Source: Acidimicrobiia bacterium
GTDB lineage: Bacteria > Actinomycetota > Acidimicrobiia > Spongiisociales > JAENVV01
Assembly (NCBI GenBank): GCA_041577335.1
Contig: JBFGJH010000017.1
Location: 1 to 53,181, forward strand
Direction: 5' to 3'
DNA length: 53,181 nucleotides
Below the pieces are notes generated by a model. That model made no database searches and was not told the origin of the DNA. It worked only from the letters and a program-made list of their open reading frames with translations. The position numbers were made by a program, and so were the translations under genes. Shown piece by piece: positions 1-8,427 of this stretch. Each line of letters opens with the position of its first letter. Positions within the stretch are counted from its first letter, which is position 1.

Positions 1-1713
1 AGCCGGACGATTCAACACAGCGAGAAGGTCGTCGACCGCAATCAGGTCGGGCGCCAGACCGATGCGGATGTACGCGAGTAAGGCCTTGACGGCCGATCGA
101 TCGAGGAACTCTTCTCCGACGGGTGCGTTGTGAGGCACACTACGGACCGTCAATTCGAGCTGGATGGGTAGGAGCGCGTGGTTGACCCGCGATAACACGG
201 CGATGTCGGTCAACGAGCGGTCCACTCGCCACCGGTCGATCTTGTCGGCGGCGGCCGCAGCCAGCGCAGTGGGGGGAAGCTCGATGACTTCCAACCCTCC
301 CGGCCGGCCCGACGAAGAGGTGATCGACTTTTCGATTCTTCGTTTGTTGTAGCCGAGCAGCGTGGCAGCCGATGTGGTCACATCTCTGGGGCATCGGTAG
401 TTGGCCTCCAGCGCGTATGCCTGGGCGCCGGGGAAGAGGTCGGCGAAATCGATCAGGAAGTCCGGGGTGGCGCCCGCATATCCGTAGATGACCTGATCGT
501 CGTCTCCCACTCCGAACACGTTGTACGCAGGTGCAGCCACCAAACGGAGCAACAGCAGAAAAGCCGGTGCCAAATCCTGAAACTCGTCGACCAGCAGATG
601 GCGGGCCGACCCTTGTACTCGGCGCCGCACCGCCGGATCCGTGGCCAGGATGGAGATCGCCTGTGAGATCTGTTCGTCGAAGTCGAGGAGGTCACGTTGC
701 TGCAGGATCTCGCAGTACCGCTCGAACAGGTCTACGAAGCCAGGGACGTCGTCTCTGGCTTCAGCGACGATTTCCGGCCGTTCGAGACCAATCCGTACCT
801 GGCGAAGCGCTTCCAGGTAGGGCGCAGTGATGTCCTTGTTGACGGCCGGAGCCTGGGTGATGAGCGGCGCCAAGAGACGGCGTTGTTCGCCTTCCGTGAT
901 GACTTGAGCCTGGGGGCGCTTCTGGCGGACGATGGCGTAGGCCAACGAGTGGATGGTGCGAACGGTGGCAGGGAGATCTCCGAGTCGTTTCATCATCTCG
1001 TCCTTGGCCCGGGTGTTGTAGGCCACCGCAGTCACCAACTCAGGTTCGATCCACCGGTCGCGACGGAGATGCTCGAGCCGGGCGGTGAGCGTCCTCGTCT
1101 TCCCTGAGCCCGCTGGAGCGATGATTCTCGCTGGTCCGGAGCGGTGAGCCACAGCGGCGAGTTGATCGCTTGCCAGTTCGACAGACGGCGCCTTTGGGCT
1201 TGTCGGCGACGTATGCAGGGCGCCCAGCTCGATGCTTTCCCGATGCACAACTGGAAGATCTACCGCAATCGGGCCCCGCGGCCCGCCGTCGACCCAGGCG
1301 GCGCGACCATCTGCCAGCTCGACGTCCGCCGGTCCGCCAATTGCGGCACCGAGGCGTTCGGCTTTGCGCGCATGCCACCACACGAGCTCGCCGGAGCGGA
1401 GGTCGTAGTTGTTGGCCCACACCAGGAAGTGCAGTCGGTCTCGCTCGAACTCGAAGCGGGAGCCGAGCAGCCACGGCGGGCGGGAATCGATTTGTGGCTC
1501 GAGCAGCTCGCGCTGATCGACCAACAGGCGTACCACCACCGGAGCGCGAGAAGCGAACGCCTGATGCAGCCGGCTCAACACGTCGGCTGAATCCTGAAGA
1601 GCCGCGGCGGGGATCGCGACCGTCTCGGCACCGGAAAAGGCGTCCGGCGGAGCCTGGTCAGGACCGATGACGACACCCCGTCCGAGCTCAGGCGGTCCTG
1701 GGAAGGAAATCAT
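1..1713 (-). CDS. UvrD/PcrA-family (SF1) ATP-dependent DNA helicase with long N-terminal extension; 3' end runs off the window
   Basis: Manual translation: ATG at 1713 (MISFPGPPELGRGVV...), in-frame Walker A APAGSGKT (~1096-1119), Walker B LLVDEFQD (~575-600), VGDDDQVIYGYAGA motif. Absent from the ORF track because no stop lies in the window. Confidence 0.88.
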   Translation of the reverse strand, partial: MISFPGPPELGRGVVIGPDQAPPDAFSGAETVAIPAAALQDSADVLSRLHQAFASRAPVVVRLLVDQRELLEPQIDSRPPWLLGSRFEFERDRLHFLVWANNYDLRSGELVWWHARKAERLGAAIGGPADVELADGRAAWVDGGPRGPIAVDLPVVHRESIELGALHTSPTSPKAPSVELASDQLAAVAHRSGPARIIAPAGSGKTRTLTARLEHLRRDRWIEPELVTAVAYNTRAKDEMMKRLGDLPATVRTIHSLAYAIVRQKRPQAQVITEGEQRRLLAPLITQAPAVNKDITAPYLEALRQVRIGLERPEIVAEARDDVPGFVDLFERYCEILQQRDLLDFDEQISQAISILATDPAVRRRVQGSARHLLVDEFQDLAPAFLLLLRLVAAPAYNVFGVGDDDQVIYGYAGATPDFLIDFADLFPGAQAYALEANYRCPRDVTTSAATLLGYNKRRIEKSITSSSGRPGGLEVIELPPTALAAAAADKIDRWRVDRSLTDIAVLSRVNHALLPIQLELTVRSVPHNAPVGEEFLDRSAVKALLAYIRIGLAPDLIAVDDLLAVLNRPA

Positions 1714-1721
1714 CGTCCGCC

Positions 1722-1743
1722 AGAGTAACTCGGCTGTGTGACA
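1722..1743 (-). promoter_or_regulatory. PafBC/RecA-NDp-type DNA-damage promoter, near-leaderless, for the helicase
   Basis: Minus strand TGTCAC-ACAGCCGAGT(10 nt)-TACTCT, 8 nt before the ATG at 1713. Confidence 0.7.
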
Positions 1744-1767
1744 GGAATGGAGCTGTTGGCAGCGAAT

Positions 1768-2094
1768 TCAGTCTTGGGGCCCCACGGTCGGGAGTTGAGC
1801 CGGCATGAGGGGATTGGGACGCCGGTCGTGGTACTCGCGTAGGCGGGCTCGGTCGCACTCACTGCACAAGTCGATGGGCCGGGTCCCGACGACGGAGAGC
1901 TGGGTGCCTCGTCCCTTTTCGACGATCGCAAGCGGAACAGTCTGCACGTCGGTGCCGCCGCAGCTCGGGCATTGTTTCTCGAGAGCGCGAATCCAGCTGT
2001 GGCCGCAGGCGTCGCACACCATCTCGACCGAAGCGTCGGCCGGAGCGCCGCGCAGGTGCTCGTCGGAGCCACAGTTGGGGCAGACCGGGATCAT
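1768..2094 (-). CDS. Small zinc-ribbon protein (4 CxxC motifs), function unknown
   Basis: 108 aa with CPNC, CDAC, CPSC, CSEC; starts 2 nt after the DUF427 gene stop. Confidence 0.75.
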   Translation of the reverse strand: MIPVCPNCGSDEHLRGAPADASVEMVCDACGHSWIRALEKQCPSCGGTDVQTVPLAIVEKGRGTQLSVVGTRPIDLCSECDRARLREYHDRRPNPLMPAQLPTVGPQD

Positions 2095-2096
2095 CC

Positions 2097-2840
2097 TCAG
2101 GCGAAATGTGTCTTGGGCTTCGCTTCGAGCTCGCCGTCGACATAGATGTCGACCTTCTCGTTGTAAAAACAGACATATCCGGCGATCTCAATGGATTCTT
2201 TGACGGGAAATGGATAGCTCCACACCACGTCTTCGTGCCGGGCGACACCGGTGTCCACGGTCCAATAGACGGCGTCTCCCTTGTAGGGGCAGGATGTCAC
2301 GAGATCGGTAGGAGACAGAAGGTCCATCCGGACATCGGTCTTGGGGAGGTAGTAGCGAGTCGGTAGGCCGGTCTCGAAGAGCAAGCGCGGCTGGTGCGAG
2401 TCGGCCACCACCACCCCGTCGATTTCGACTCGGATGTGGCGGGAGCTCTGGAGGATGTCGACGCGACTGAACGGGTCGCGGGGATGGACGTACACCTCTT
2501 CGTCTTCCTCATACCAGTGATCCATCGCGGCCCAGATGAATGCCACATGCTCGGCCAGCTCCTCGATTTTCGGTTCTGGGTATGCATAGGCACCAGCCGG
2601 CGCGGTCACACCATTGGCGTGCACGTCGTAGACGGTTGCCGTGCCGCGACTTGGTGACCGCTCCGTCTCGCCGGAATCGACGAGCACGCCGGGATCGATA
2701 TCGGAAAGCGGGAGGTAGTACGTGGGATAGTACGGCTTCTCCCAAACGAGCAAGGGCGACGTCGTGTCGGCGATCACCGTTCCGCCCAGCTGGACGCGCA
2801 CGCGCTTGTGACCTCTCTCGACTCTGACTCGACCTGCCAT
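2097..2840 (-). CDS. Tandem DUF427 domain protein
   Basis: Two DUF427-like repeats (LVWEKPYYPTYY; LFETGLPTRYY...SCPYKGDAVYW), linker WYEEDEEVYVHPRDPF; GGAGG RBS before ATG 2840. Confidence 0.88.
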   Translation of the reverse strand: MAGRVRVERGHKRVRVQLGGTVIADTTSPLLVWEKPYYPTYYLPLSDIDPGVLVDSGETERSPSRGTATVYDVHANGVTAPAGAYAYPEPKIEELAEHVAFIWAAMDHWYEEDEEVYVHPRDPFSRVDILQSSRHIRVEIDGVVVADSHQPRLLFETGLPTRYYLPKTDVRMDLLSPTDLVTSCPYKGDAVYWTVDTGVARHEDVVWSYPFPVKESIEIAGYVCFYNEKVDIYVDGELEAKPKTHFA

Positions 2841-2931
2841 GATGACGCCTCCTTGATCCTGGGTCGCGCAACGCACGGCGTGATCCCGGCATTCCCTGAG
2901 CGAGAACGGTCACGGCGATATCGCGGAGTGC

Positions 2932-5562
2932 TCAGTTGCCGAGCGGCTCCAGCGAAGCGGCGAGGCGGATGATGTTGATCTCGTCCTCCGCACGGTGCAA
3001 GAAGGCGGCCATTTGGGCACGGGTGACGGTGTCGCTGGGGCAGTACTGGTCGGCCGTTGGCGGGTTGCAGCTCTTGGTGATGCCTGAGGTTCCCAGTTTG
3101 TTGATGTCTGCTTCGAACACCGAGGCGTTGTCGTCGGTGTACAGGTCGGCGTCGGCTCCTTCGGTGAGGCCGAGTGCTCTGACGATGAAGGCAGCCATTT
3201 GGGCGCGGGTGACCGATCCGCCTGGACAGAACTCGTCGTTGGTAGGTGGGTTGCAGCCCACCGTGATGCCGGCCCAGGCGAGCCATTCCACGTCTGCGAA
3301 GAAGGTGTTGTCGGACGGTACGTCTTCGAATCGGGCAACCGCGGGGATCTCGAAGACGTCGACAACGTTGATGGTGGCGGTGGCGGTGTCGCTGAGAGGT
3401 CCGTCTGAGACCGTCACGGCCAATTCGAAGGACGGCGTCGACTCGAAGTCCAGTGGGCCGGCAACGGCGATGTCACCGGTGGCGGAGTCGATGGCAAAGG
3501 CTCCCCCCGTATTCCCAGAGTCGATCGAATAGGTGACCGCGTCACCGTCTGGGTCGGTGGCCACCATTCTGCCGACGACCTCTCCCGCCGAGGCTGATTC
3601 GGGTACGGCGAAGGTTCCATCCTCGGCCTGGGGAGCCTCGTTGACCGCCAGGATATCGATCGTCACGTTTGCGATATCGGCGAGACCGCCGTCGGAGACC
3701 AGGATCGCCAGCAGGTATGAGGGCGTGGTCGCAAAGTCGAGGGGTCCTTGCACAACCAGCTCACCTGAGCTCGCATCGATCGAGAAGGCCCCACCCACAT
3801 TGCCCGAAGTGATCGCGAAGGTGAGAGGATCCATATTGGCATCTGAGGCCGACACTGTTCCGATGGTCGTTCCCGCACCGGCATCCTCCGCCACCTCGAA
3901 CGCGGCGTCGACGGCCACCGGAGCTTGAGCGGTCGCACATGATGGCTCCACGAAGTTGCCGATTCTCGACGACCACGTGCTCCCCGATGTCGCTGCGTAG
4001 TACTCCGTGGTGAACCAGAAGGTGCAGTCGTCGCTCGGATCCACCGTCATGGCGGAGTAGTCGCCCCAGCGATTCGAGCTGGTCTGCGAGCCGAGCCCGG
4101 CCTGCATCACGATCTCCGAACCGAGCGTTCCCAGTGGGTCGCCGGCCCGCCGTGTGGCATAGCGGATCGAGGGCGCCGAGCTGGAGGACGAGGCCGAATA
4201 CCCGAGCGCGATGTTGCCGGCTCGATCCATTGCGATCGATGACATCCACCGGTCGAGTCCGTCGGCGAGGTCGTGGGTTCCCTCCTGGTGGAGCGTCCAT
4301 GCTGCGCCTCCAACCGACCGCAGCTCGAACCAGCGGACTGCCGAGCCGACGTCGCCGGCGCCGCCGCCGACGGCGAACGTCCCGACCATCGACTCGTGGG
4401 TTCCGAAATTCCGATACGGCCATCGCCACATCGGCCATTCGCCGACCTGGTCGACCCTTTGGGCGGTGCCGGGCTGGCGAAGACATTCGAGATTGAAGAA
4501 CCCGCACGCCGTGTAGGTGAATGGGGCCACCGGGAGCGAGGCGACCAGGTCGAAGGTGGTATTGGCCGGTGTTCCCCAATCGACGTGGAAGTCGTGCACC
4601 TCGATCCGGTCGGCGCCGCCGTGGAAGCTGTTGTCTTTGAAGGTGTAGAAGTGGTTCGGCGTCCCGGCCGGTGGAGGTGTTGGCCCGTCGACGTCACTGG
4701 GAAGCAAGAAGTTGGTTTCGCCGTCGAACTTCTGATAATTCGCCGCGGCGCCCGAGAGCATGGCAGCGCGGTCGAACACGTACGCCGTGTAGGTGGATTC
4801 GTTGGCGGACATGTAGTAGCCGTCGGGCCAGACGCCGATCTTGAAATAGTCGGGAAACTCGGATACATCGAACTGGTACAACCAATACGACCCGGTGGCA
4901 TCGCCGGTGAGAGATACCGCGAAACACATGTGGTTCGGTTCGGCGAACTGCGTCAGCAACCATCGGTCGGCGAGCGGATCGTAGAGCGCGATGGGGTCTC
5001 CCCGATTGCCGGTACACACGCCCGTGGACCACAGGCTCCCCAAATCGAATGGGCCAACGAGGGACGTGCCGGCCTTGTCCCAGATCTGGACCTTGGTGGC
5101 ATTGACCATTTGGACGTAGTGATTGGGCCCCACATCGCCGTTGGTGTCGGGAGGGGTGCAACCAGAACATGCCACCGGGTTTCCGATCCCTTCGAAGCTG
5201 AGGCCGAGTTCGGGGCTCCGAGCCGCCGACAGTTCCCTGCCGATGTTGATCAGCGGATCCAGCGGCGTCTCTTGGCGATTCCACGTGCCGCGAGCTCCAC
5301 CGTCAGTCTCGCTTGCGAGCGGGTTGCGCCGAGGAGATGTCTCAACGGTGACCGCGGCGGGTCCCGACGGCGGCAGGTCGCGCAGCGGCTCACTCAGTGA
5401 AGGGCTGGTAGGGGTACCGAGTATCGGGCCGGAACCTTCGGGCGCCCGATCCTGGGCCGTGACGAGGGAGTCGGTGGGTGCGCCGGTCACGGCCGGCAGC
5501 ACCGTGACGCCTCCCGCCACCGTGAGTACGACCAGCGCGGACGACCAGATTCGATTGCGCAT
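2932..5562 (-). CDS. Secreted/cell-surface protein: signal peptide, large beta-rich domain, two cadherin-like repeats, C-terminal SLH-like repeats
   Basis: Hydrophobic N-terminus; PPDTNGDVGPNHYVQMVN...RWGDYS domain; cadherin motifs (A.D.D, FSIDASSGEL, LDFE); C-terminal GCNPP..FCP...VTRAQMAAF repeats; GGGAGG RBS before ATG 5562. Confidence 0.8.
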   Translation of the reverse strand: MRNRIWSSALVVLTVAGGVTVLPAVTGAPTDSLVTAQDRAPEGSGPILGTPTSPSLSEPLRDLPPSGPAAVTVETSPRRNPLASETDGGARGTWNRQETPLDPLINIGRELSAARSPELGLSFEGIGNPVACSGCTPPDTNGDVGPNHYVQMVNATKVQIWDKAGTSLVGPFDLGSLWSTGVCTGNRGDPIALYDPLADRWLLTQFAEPNHMCFAVSLTGDATGSYWLYQFDVSEFPDYFKIGVWPDGYYMSANESTYTAYVFDRAAMLSGAAANYQKFDGETNFLLPSDVDGPTPPPAGTPNHFYTFKDNSFHGGADRIEVHDFHVDWGTPANTTFDLVASLPVAPFTYTACGFFNLECLRQPGTAQRVDQVGEWPMWRWPYRNFGTHESMVGTFAVGGGAGDVGSAVRWFELRSVGGAAWTLHQEGTHDLADGLDRWMSSIAMDRAGNIALGYSASSSSSAPSIRYATRRAGDPLGTLGSEIVMQAGLGSQTSSNRWGDYSAMTVDPSDDCTFWFTTEYYAATSGSTWSSRIGNFVEPSCATAQAPVAVDAAFEVAEDAGAGTTIGTVSASDANMDPLTFAITSGNVGGAFSIDASSGELVVQGPLDFATTPSYLLAILVSDGGLADIANVTIDILAVNEAPQAEDGTFAVPESASAGEVVGRMVATDPDGDAVTYSIDSGNTGGAFAIDSATGDIAVAGPLDFESTPSFELAVTVSDGPLSDTATATINVVDVFEIPAVARFEDVPSDNTFFADVEWLAWAGITVGCNPPTNDEFCPGGSVTRAQMAAFIVRALGLTEGADADLYTDDNASVFEADINKLGTSGITKSCNPPTADQYCPSDTVTRAQMAAFLHRAEDEINIIRLAASLEPLGN

Positions 5563-5630
5563 CGGAATTCCCTCCCAGTGGGCCCGCACGTGTCGTTCAT
5601 GATCGCACGCCGCCGCTGCCGTCGCCTCGC

Positions 5631-5681
5631 AAAAGGGGGCTGCCTGGAACGGCCGAGCCCAACGAGAACGACGCAGCCCCC
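5631..5681 (-). terminator. Possible intrinsic terminator after the DUF1992 gene
   Basis: 9-bp inverted repeat GGGGGCTGC (5635-5643)/GCAGCCCCC (5673-5681) followed by TTTT on the minus strand; the loop is long (29 nt). Confidence 0.35.
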
Positions 5682-5685
5682 GATT

Positions 5686-5970
5686 TCAATCCGGAAGCGG
5701 TGAGTCGTGGTTGCGCTGTTCCAGGGCGGCGTACGCTTCCCGCACTCGAGCAGCGGTGCGCGAGGCGGCTTCCTCACGCAGAACATCTCGCAGTCGCTCT
5801 CGCTCCAAGAGCTGTCGCGCCCACCAATCGGGATCGTATGGCCGATCCAACCCGGTAAGCGGTTTCCCTTTCCCGGGGAGGTCATCGAATTCCCCGGCAG
5901 CCATCGCTTCGCGGATGCGGCGTTCGACGAGCGACGTTGGGGGTTCAGGGAGAGGCTGTGGGGGTGGCAT
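5686..5970 (-). CDS. DUF1992 (DnaJ-associated) domain protein
   Basis: VERRIREAMAAGEFDDLPGKGKPL...DPDWW signature; start at ATG 5970. Confidence 0.82.
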   Translation of the reverse strand: MPPPQPLPEPPTSLVERRIREAMAAGEFDDLPGKGKPLTGLDRPYDPDWWARQLLERERLRDVLREEAASRTAARVREAYAALEQRNHDSPLPD

Positions 5971-7594
5971 CGTTGGACCTTTGATTGATCGCCGAGTCGG
6001 TTCGATTCCACGACGCTTCGAGGCTGGCTTCCGTGGCACTGGATTCGGCGCCGGACGCGATTGCCTCGGCGGCTGGCAGGATTCGGAAGGTGCCCCCCTG
6101 GACCCATGTGGGGGTATAGGCGGCACCGTACGCCACCCATCGCCCGTTTCGCTCCGCGAATTCAACGGTCACGATGACGCCATCCTGGGTTGGCAGCGAC
6201 CATTGTTGGTTGGAGAGGAAATTCCCGAGCCCGTAGACGATGTATTCATCGTCGACCAGCTCGATGGGTTGCACCACGTGGGCGTGGTGGCCGATCACGA
6301 GGTCGATGTCCTCGGACGCGATGAGTGCGTGTCCGAGATCATCCTGAAACGACGTTGGCGTCGTCTGATATTCCGCTCCCCAATGAATCGACGTGATCAC
6401 CACGTTGGCTCCATCAGCGCGGGCCCGAGCTGCATCGGTGAGCATGGTGTCCTCGTCGATCAGATTGACGAGCCACGGCTTGTCGGACGGGAGGACCAAG
6501 CCGTTGAGGCCGTAGGTATACGACAGATGGGCCACGTTGACGCCGTTGACCTCGTACATCGGCGTGCGCAGTCTCTCGTCCTCGGAGCGGGCCATACCCG
6601 AGAAACCAATCCCGCGACCCTCGAGGACATCGATCGTGTTGATGACGCCGGTCTGGGACCGATCATACGAGTGGTTCGACGCCACCGAGCATCCGTCGTA
6701 GCCGGCGTAGACGATGGCGTCTGCCAGCTCCGCCGGGCCTTGGAACGAGGGATACCCCGAAAGCCCGGTGCTCGTGGGAGAGAGCGGAACCTCCAAATGG
6801 CAGATGGCCAGGTCCGCTCCCGCCAGGATTGGCTGAACCTCATCAAACATGGGGCGGAAGTCGTATGCTTCGCCGCTGAGGTCGCCGTAGGCTTCGGCGG
6901 CATAGTTGACCGGCATGTGCAGCAACAGGTCACCGGTGAAAGACACGGTGAACGTGGGTCGAGGCGGCACCGCCAGGGGCGTCAGGTCGAGGCCCCGCCC
7001 GAGGAACGAGGCCATCTGATCGCGGCGAACGTCTTCGCCGGGACAGAACCGATCATTGGCCGGCGGATTGCAGCCGGCGGTGACACCCGAAGCTGCCAGC
7101 GCGTTGATGTCGCTCTCGAACAGGGAGCCGTTGTCGTCGACAAAGGCATCCGGACCCGATTGGAGCTGCAATGCCCTGACGAGGAATGCTGCCATCTCGC
7201 CCCTGGTCACATAGTCGGACGGGCAGAAGAGATCGGGCCGGCACCCCGACGTGATTCCGGAGTCGGCGAGCCGGTTGATGCTGTCCTCGAAGATGGAGGT
7301 GCTGTCGTCCGTGAACCAGTCGGTTTCGGTGAGCCGGGGCAAGTCGAGGGCTCGGACCAGGAATGCGGCCATCTGGGCACGGGTTACCTCGCTATGCGGG
7401 CAGTACTCGTCGGCGTAGTCGCCGCCGCAACCACGCGTGATATCGGCGGCGGCAATCGCTTCGATATACCCTTCGTGAACGTTGCCGTCGTCATCCCAGA
7501 ACGTTCCTCCGGGCGGGAGCGTCTGAGCAGGAGCGGGTAGTGCCGACGCCATAGCGCCCAGTGAGAGGGCAAGGACAACCGCCAATGTCCTCAC
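5945..7594 (-). CDS. CapA/PGA_cap-family metallophosphatase-like protein with N-terminal SLH-like repeats
   Basis: Signal peptide, three SLH-like repeats, then FTGDLLLH, CHLEVP, SVASNHSYD, HWGAEY, IGHHAHVVQP, YGLGNF. Confidence 0.88.
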   Translation of the reverse strand: MRTLAVVLALSLGAMASALPAPAQTLPPGGTFWDDDGNVHEGYIEAIAAADITRGCGGDYADEYCPHSEVTRAQMAAFLVRALDLPRLTETDWFTDDSTSIFEDSINRLADSGITSGCRPDLFCPSDYVTRGEMAAFLVRALQLQSGPDAFVDDNGSLFESDINALAASGVTAGCNPPANDRFCPGEDVRRDQMASFLGRGLDLTPLAVPPRPTFTVSFTGDLLLHMPVNYAAEAYGDLSGEAYDFRPMFDEVQPILAGADLAICHLEVPLSPTSTGLSGYPSFQGPAELADAIVYAGYDGCSVASNHSYDRSQTGVINTIDVLEGRGIGFSGMARSEDERLRTPMYEVNGVNVAHLSYTYGLNGLVLPSDKPWLVNLIDEDTMLTDAARARADGANVVITSIHWGAEYQTTPTSFQDDLGHALIASEDIDLVIGHHAHVVQPIELVDDEYIVYGLGNFLSNQQWSLPTQDGVIVTVEFAERNGRWVAYGAAYTPTWVQGGTFRILPAAEAIASGAESSATEASLEASWNRTDSAINQRSNDATPTASP

Positions 7595-8346
7595 AGCCGT
7601 TCGCCGAACCAGGTCGCCAGTCGCTCGCCGGCGAATCGGATGTGGTCCGCATCGGTGAGTAGATGATCGGCGCCCACGAGTGGAACGAAAGCTTTCGGTT
7701 GGGCAAGCATGCCGAAAATGCGTTCACCTTCCTCAACGGGCACGATGGAATCCTCGGGCGAGTGCAGGATCATGGTCGGGATCGTAGAGGCACCGATCGC
7801 GTTCGTGGAGTCGAATCGGTCGAGGTCGTCGAGAAACTGTTTCGATATCGGGAAGGTGCGACCTGCGATTGTGGCGAAGGCACAGCCCTCGATCTGAGCT
7901 CGCGCAGCCACGTCGGGTTCGATCAAGTTGGCGACGTGCTTGGCGCTGGCCGGCGCACCGATGATGGCGATCGCTCGGACGGGCCGGATCTTGGGCGCCG
8001 CCGTCAACACGGCCGCTCCGCCCAGAGAATGCCCGATGAGCCCGAGCGGCGCCGAGGTCTGTTCCGTGGTCCAGAGTGCCGCTCGCACCAGATCGCCGAT
8101 GTTGGCAGCGAACGTAGATTGCTCGAATGCGCCTTCGCTCTCGCCGAGACCGGTGAAGTCGAACCGCAGCACGGCGAATCCGCGGTCGCTCAGGTGTGTC
8201 GCCAGTCGGGACACGATGGTGAGGTCCTTGGAGCATGTGAAGCAGTGCGCCAGGACGAGGGCGCCTCGGAGGGGTGCGGACGGCTCGTGCCACCGGCCCT
8301 CGAGGGTGTCGCCGTGAAAACCGGCAAATGTCACTGCTTCGGCCAT
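7591..8346 (-). CDS. Alpha/beta hydrolase (type often fused to OsmC)
   Basis: AHCFTCSKD, LRFDFTGLGESEG, GHSLGG nucleophile elbow, HSPED, ADHLL; TACGCT -10 8 nt before ATG 8346. Confidence 0.88.
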   Translation of the reverse strand: MAEAVTFAGFHGDTLEGRWHEPSAPLRGALVLAHCFTCSKDLTIVSRLATHLSDRGFAVLRFDFTGLGESEGAFEQSTFAANIGDLVRAALWTTEQTSAPLGLIGHSLGGAAVLTAAPKIRPVRAIAIIGAPASAKHVANLIEPDVAARAQIEGCAFATIAGRTFPISKQFLDDLDRFDSTNAIGASTIPTMILHSPEDSIVPVEEGERIFGMLAQPKAFVPLVGADHLLTDADHIRFAGERLATWFGERL

Positions 8347-8427
8347 TCCCATACAGCGTACCCGAGGGGCTTCAGTCGCCCGAGAATCGGGCCGATAACG
8401 AGAGGAGACCCTGGAGGGGACTACGTC

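Noticed and set aside
5711..7540. Long antisense ORFs (also 4273..5400, 11562..12920, 16326..17729, 43471..45006, 50523..51788)
   Set aside because: Shadow frames of well-supported genes on the opposite strand, typical of high-GC DNA
7663..8427. 255-aa N-terminal extension of the hybrid kinase in the ORF track
   Set aside because: Overlaps the alpha/beta hydrolase on the minus strand; a strong RBS supports GTG 8428
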